This document shows, one piece after another, positions 59,901 through 64,000 of a stretch of 64,000 nt of DNA. The notes below the pieces were generated by a model. It searched no databases. It had not been told where the DNA came from and worked only from the letters and a program-made list of their open reading frames with translations. A program made the position numbers and the translations under genes. The first letter of the stretch is position 1. Every line of letters begins with the position of its first letter. Source of the DNA: Macrostomum lignano (lineage: Eukaryota); NCBI GenBank assembly GCA_002269645.1, contig NIVC01001599.1, positions 1 through 64,000 of the forward strand. The letters run 5' to 3'.

Positions 59901-61045
59901 ATGGGTGGCCAGTCCTCCAAGCCGCGGCAGAGGGTGCTGATTGCTGTTGACGGCTCCAGCCACAGCCAGAACGCATTCGACTGGTACCGCACCAACCTGG
60001 CCACGCCAGGGGAAGATGTGATTCTCTTCCACACTGGCAGCCTGCCCAGCCACCTGGTGGCGCCCACCGGAATTCCGGCATCCGATAGCGACGTTCGACA
60101 AGCCGAGGAGAGCTTGAGAAAGCGGGTGGCCCGGCTGGAAGAGAGCATGATGGAGCAGTGCAAGCAACACAGCATGCAGTGCAGGTGGGCTGGCGGGCAG
60201 GCATTGAGGCAGAGAGCCAGATAAACACTAACAAAGGCACTAAGACAAACGCTAGAACAGACTGACAGGCAGACACTAGGGCATTCTGACAGACATAGAC
60301 ACAGACACTAGGGCAGGTTGACAGACAGACAGACAGGCTGGCAGACAGACACAAAGACAGGCTGGCAGGCAGACAGACACTAGGACAGGTTGACAAGCAG
60401 ACAGACACTCAGACACTAGGATAGGTTGACAAACAGACAACAGACACTCAGACACTAGGATAGGTTGACAAACAGACAGACAGACAGACACTCAGACACT
60501 AGGATAGATTGACAAACAGACAGACAGACAGACAGACACTCAGACACTAGGATAGGTTGACAAACAGACAGACAGACAGACAGACACTCAGACACTAGGA
60601 TAGGTTGACAAACAGACAGACAGACACTAGGGCAGGTTGACAAACAGACAGACAGACACTAGGGCAGGTTGACAGACAGACAGACAGGCTGGCAGACAGA
60701 CACTCAGACAGGCAGGCAGACATGCAGAAATAGTTACAGTCTCCAACTCCACAATATGTGCCCCACAGCGGCGCAGAGTGGCGCATTTATCCAGTAAGCC
60801 AATGAACTCAGTTGTGGGTGCACGCGCACTGACTCTCGGCCGCCCGCAGGTGGAAGTACGCCGACTCGCTGAGCCCCGGCCCGGCCGTGGTGGACGCCTC
60901 AGCCGAGGAGAAGGCCGACCTGGTTGTCATGGGAACGCGCGGCCTCGGCACTATTCGCCGCACAATTCTGGGCTCAGTTAGCGAGTTTGTCATCTCGCAC
61001 AGCCGCAGGCCCGTGGTTGTGGTGCCCCCGCCGCCTCAGCAGTAA
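59901..61045 (+). CDS. Universal stress protein (UspA family), paralogue 2, 159 aa; exons 59901-60184, 60850-61045
   Basis: Same exon sizes and motifs as paralogue 1. Tandem duplicate including 3' flanking DNA. Confidence 0.93.
60210..60720. repeat. AGAC-rich compound minisatellite in the USP2 intron
   Basis: Read directly. Confidence 0.85.
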
Positions 61046-61744
61046 CTGCTAAGACTGCAAATGCTATGATAACTATATGGGCCGCTCAGGTAGCATTTCC
61101 AATATATAGTCAGAAAGAATACTCAAGTTATTCTATGAAAAATATGAGTAAGAGTAGTTAGCAGACAGATGAGAACAAATTGCTATTGCTGCAGCCGTAA
61201 TGTACTTTAGCCAGCTCCAATATAGCCAAGTCGTGTCCTGAAAAACAATAAAGTGCTTAAATTTAACTTCTACTGAAAGTAGCTTACACGCAAATGTTCC
61301 GAGTGGCCCGTGTAGTTGGCTCGTGGACTTGTCGTTCAATTTTTTTTAATAGCTAAAATCCCTTAACTAACATAATTAATCTAATTATGCTCCAAGTAAT
61401 TCTCTGTGTCAGCGAGTTTTGTTTTACTGCAAATCCGGTTTTTAACACCAGTCTACTGCTCTCTATCAGATCTACGCGTATTCTCACTATCTTCTGCAGG
61501 CGTGCAGCACTGGGTTTGTATTGCTGAAAATTCATGCAACAAATTTCTGCTTAAGCCGTTCATACTATTTATTGATTAAATTTCCTCGCCTAAATAAATA
61601 CATTTCCTATGCGCCTGGTGATTGCCTAATTTATAAATTAACTTTAGCTCCCAGTATATAAAATTTGGGTTTTTCTGAACATACCGGCTGTTTATGAGTC
61701 TTCTTTTTATTATGATTCTGATACTAATGGGAATGTTGACTTGC

Positions 61745-62517
61745 CTCCCTTCCCGCACTTCCGGTCATTTTGGCTAGCCTCCTTTTCCCTTTCCGGTAAT
61801 TCTGTCTGGCCTCCCTTTCACTTCCGGTCATTGTGTATTGCCTCCATTTCACTTCCGGTAATTCTGTCTGGTCTCCCTTTCACTTCCAATCATTCTGTCT
61901 GGCCTCCCTTTCACTTCCGGTCATTCTGTCTGGCCTCCCTTTCACTTCCGGTCATTCTTTCTGGCCTCCCTTTCGCTTCTGGTCATTCTGTCTGGCCTCC
62001 CTTTCACTTCCGGTCATTCTGTCTGGTCTCCCTTTCACTTCCAGTCATTCTGTCTGGCCTCCCTTTCACTTCCGGTCATTCTGTATCATCTCCTTTTCAC
62101 TTCCGGTCATTCTGTCTGGTCTCCCTTTCACTTCCAGTCATTCTGTATCGTCTCCTTTTCACTTCCGGTCATTCTGTATCATCTCCTTTTCACTTCCGGT
62201 CATTCTGTCTGGTCTCCCTTTCACTTCCGGTCATTCTGTATCGTCTCCTTTTCACTTCCGGTCATTCTGTCTGGTCTTTTCACTTCCAGTCATTCTGTCT
62301 GGCCTCCCTTTCACTTCCGGTCATTCTGTCTGGTCTCCCTTTCACTTCCGGTCATTCTGTCTGGTCTCCCTTTCACTTCCGGTCATTGTGTCTGGCCTCT
62401 CTTTCACTTCCAGTCATTCTGTTTGGCCTCCCTTTCGCTTCTGGTCATAATTTCTGGTCTCCCTTTCGCGTCCGGTCATTTTGGCTGTCTTTTTACATGT
62501 GCTTCACTTCCGGTCAC
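61745..62517. repeat. Degenerate ~31-bp minisatellite (CCTTTCACTTCCGGTCATTCTGTCTGG(C/T)CTC), about 25 copies, directly upstream of the exchanger gene
   Basis: Read directly. Shares CACTTCCGGTCATT with the 56608 array. Confidence 0.92.
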
Positions 62518-62582
62518 TATGCCCGCAATAGCTGCACTGTAGTGCTGAATTTTTGTGTTGCTGCCGCTGCCCCGTCAACCGC

Positions 62583-64000
62583 ATGACGTCACTGGCCCCG
62601 CAGCCGGCCGACATTTGGCCGGCCGATTGCGCCAGCTATTGGCGGATCGCCAACGCCACAGCCAGGTGCCAGTTTGTGCGTTCAGCTGAGGCGTGCGACG
62701 CCGAGTCCGGTTTGATTGCCTACCTGTCAGCATTTGTGTGCCAGGTGCCGGACTGGGCCAAGCCGCTGTACCTGGCCGCCTGCGCAATATGGCTGCTGCT
62801 CCTATTTGTAACTCTGGCCACTACGGCCGACAATTTCTTCTGCCCGTCGCTCACGGTGATGTCTGACAATCTCAGGCTCAGCCACAACCTCGCCGGCGTC
62901 ACCCTGCTGGCCTTCGGCAACGGCGCCCCCGACATTTTCTCGTCTCTGGCGGCCGTGCTGCAGTCCGACAGCGGCGATGCATCCTTAGCCTTTGGCGCCC
63001 TGCTTGGCGCTGGCGTCTTTGTTACCACCGTGGTTGCCGGCGTCGTGTCCGCTGTGCGGCCCTTTAAGGTGGGCGGCAGCTTAGAGCTGATTGAGAATCA
63101 ATACTAGGTTGGTTGAGACCAGGTTAAGATGATAGAGACCAGGTGAGATTAGGAATGACAAAGACCAGGTGAGGTTAGGAATGACAAAGACCAGGTGAGG
63201 TTAGGAATGACAAAGACCAGGTGAGGTTAGGAATGACAAAGACCAGGTGAGGTTAGGAATGACAAGGACCAGGTGAGGTTAGGAATGACAAAGACCAGGT
63301 GAGGTTAGGAATGACAAAGACTAGGTAAGATTAGGAATGACAAATACCAGGTGAGGTTAGGAATAACAAAGACCAGGTGAGGTTAGGAATGACAAAGACC
63401 AGGTGAGGTTAGGAATGACAAAGACCAGGTGAAATTAGGAATAACAAAGACCAGATGAGAGTAAGAATGACAAAGACTAGGTGAGGTTAGGAATGACAAG
63501 GACCAGGTGAAGCGGCCAGACAGGCATCAGGAAGCCTTTCTTCCGTCACAATTCTCGCAGGCAATGGAGCGGCCTCTTCTGAAAGACCTAGTATTTTACC
63601 TGGCCGCTCTCTACCTCGCATTCTACGCGATCTACCGCGGCCGGATCAACCTGGCCGAGGCCGTCTGCTTTCTCGGCCTGTACCTGGCATTCGTAGTCGT
63701 CACCCTGGTTTCGCGGCTCATTCGCAGCTACGCCCGCCGGCGCCGACACGGCCACAGAAGGCCGCATCCGCACGGAGCCGCGATCGGCGTCAACTCGCCA
63801 GCCGATCAGCTGACTGCGGCGGCAGCGGGCAGTTACGGCGAGCGGGCGCCCCTGCTGCACTCCTACGTTGCCGACGAGTTGCAAAGCGGTCGGGTTGGCG
63901 TCAGCAGCAGCGGCAGCGTCGGTGCTGCCACCGTCAACGACGGCCTGCTGTACACCGTTCGCTACGCCATCCAACACCCGCCTTCTGGGAGAAGGTGCGG
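62583..64000 (+). CDS. SLC8B1: Na+/Ca2+(Li+) exchanger NCLX/SLC8B1 (CCX)-like, 5' part; exons 62583-63068 and 63561-beyond the window end; start codon uncertain
   Basis: TADNFFCPSL, LRLSHNLAGVTLLAFGNGAPDIFSS (alpha-1 repeat), GALLGAGVFVTTVVAG, then RPFK|AMERPLLKDLVFYL...RGRINL. The N-terminal Cys pattern is typical of NCLX. Confidence 0.88.
63115..63510. repeat. 26-bp intronic minisatellite (GACCAGGTGAGGTTAGGAATGACAAA)
   Basis: About 15 copies inside intron 63069-63560. Confidence 0.93.

Noticed and set aside
62519-62586. Signal-peptide-like MPAIAAL / VLNFCVAAAAPSTA upstream of the exchanger
   Set aside because: It would need two frameshifts to join the CDS, which cannot be supported without reads.

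Overview
This is eukaryotic (animal) genomic DNA, not prokaryotic. GC-rich exons are interrupted by GT-AG introns, and most introns are filled with their own tandem minisatellite; intergenic DNA is AT-rich. The mix of USP paralogues, a WSC-only secreted protein, CTG/GCC-rich codons and minisatellite-packed introns suggests an invertebrate such as a free-living flatworm (Macrostomum-like), which is inference only. Genes rebuilt by hand from splice sites: last exon of a GT32-type glycosyltransferase (+), a 4-exon nuclear receptor with ERR/NR5-like DBD (+), NR2C2AP (+), a 125-aa secreted single-WSC protein (-), DNAJB6-like (+), a Sex-lethal/ELAV-like 2-RRM protein (-), ORC2 (-), two tandem universal stress protein paralogues (+) and the 5' part of an NCLX/SLC8B1-like exchanger (+). 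Mobile DNA: two decayed LINEs (one carrying a nested antisense insertion with a 12-bp TSD), an IS630/Tc1-mariner element with ~330-bp TIRs and a TA TSD, two tRNA-derived SINEs and several MITE/foldback elements. About 20 distinct minisatellite arrays cover roughly a third of the window. The least explained signals are: a shared GATCCC/TCCCAAATC core across many arrays, often in inverted orientation across an exon; a CAG|CCAA motif 9-13 nt before four different start codons (candidate trans-splice acceptors); and paralogous arrays built on an ETS-type CACTTCCGGT motif. Several 1-bp frameshifts in otherwise intact genes look like assembly errors. All coordinates were counted by eye and nothing was searched against databases.
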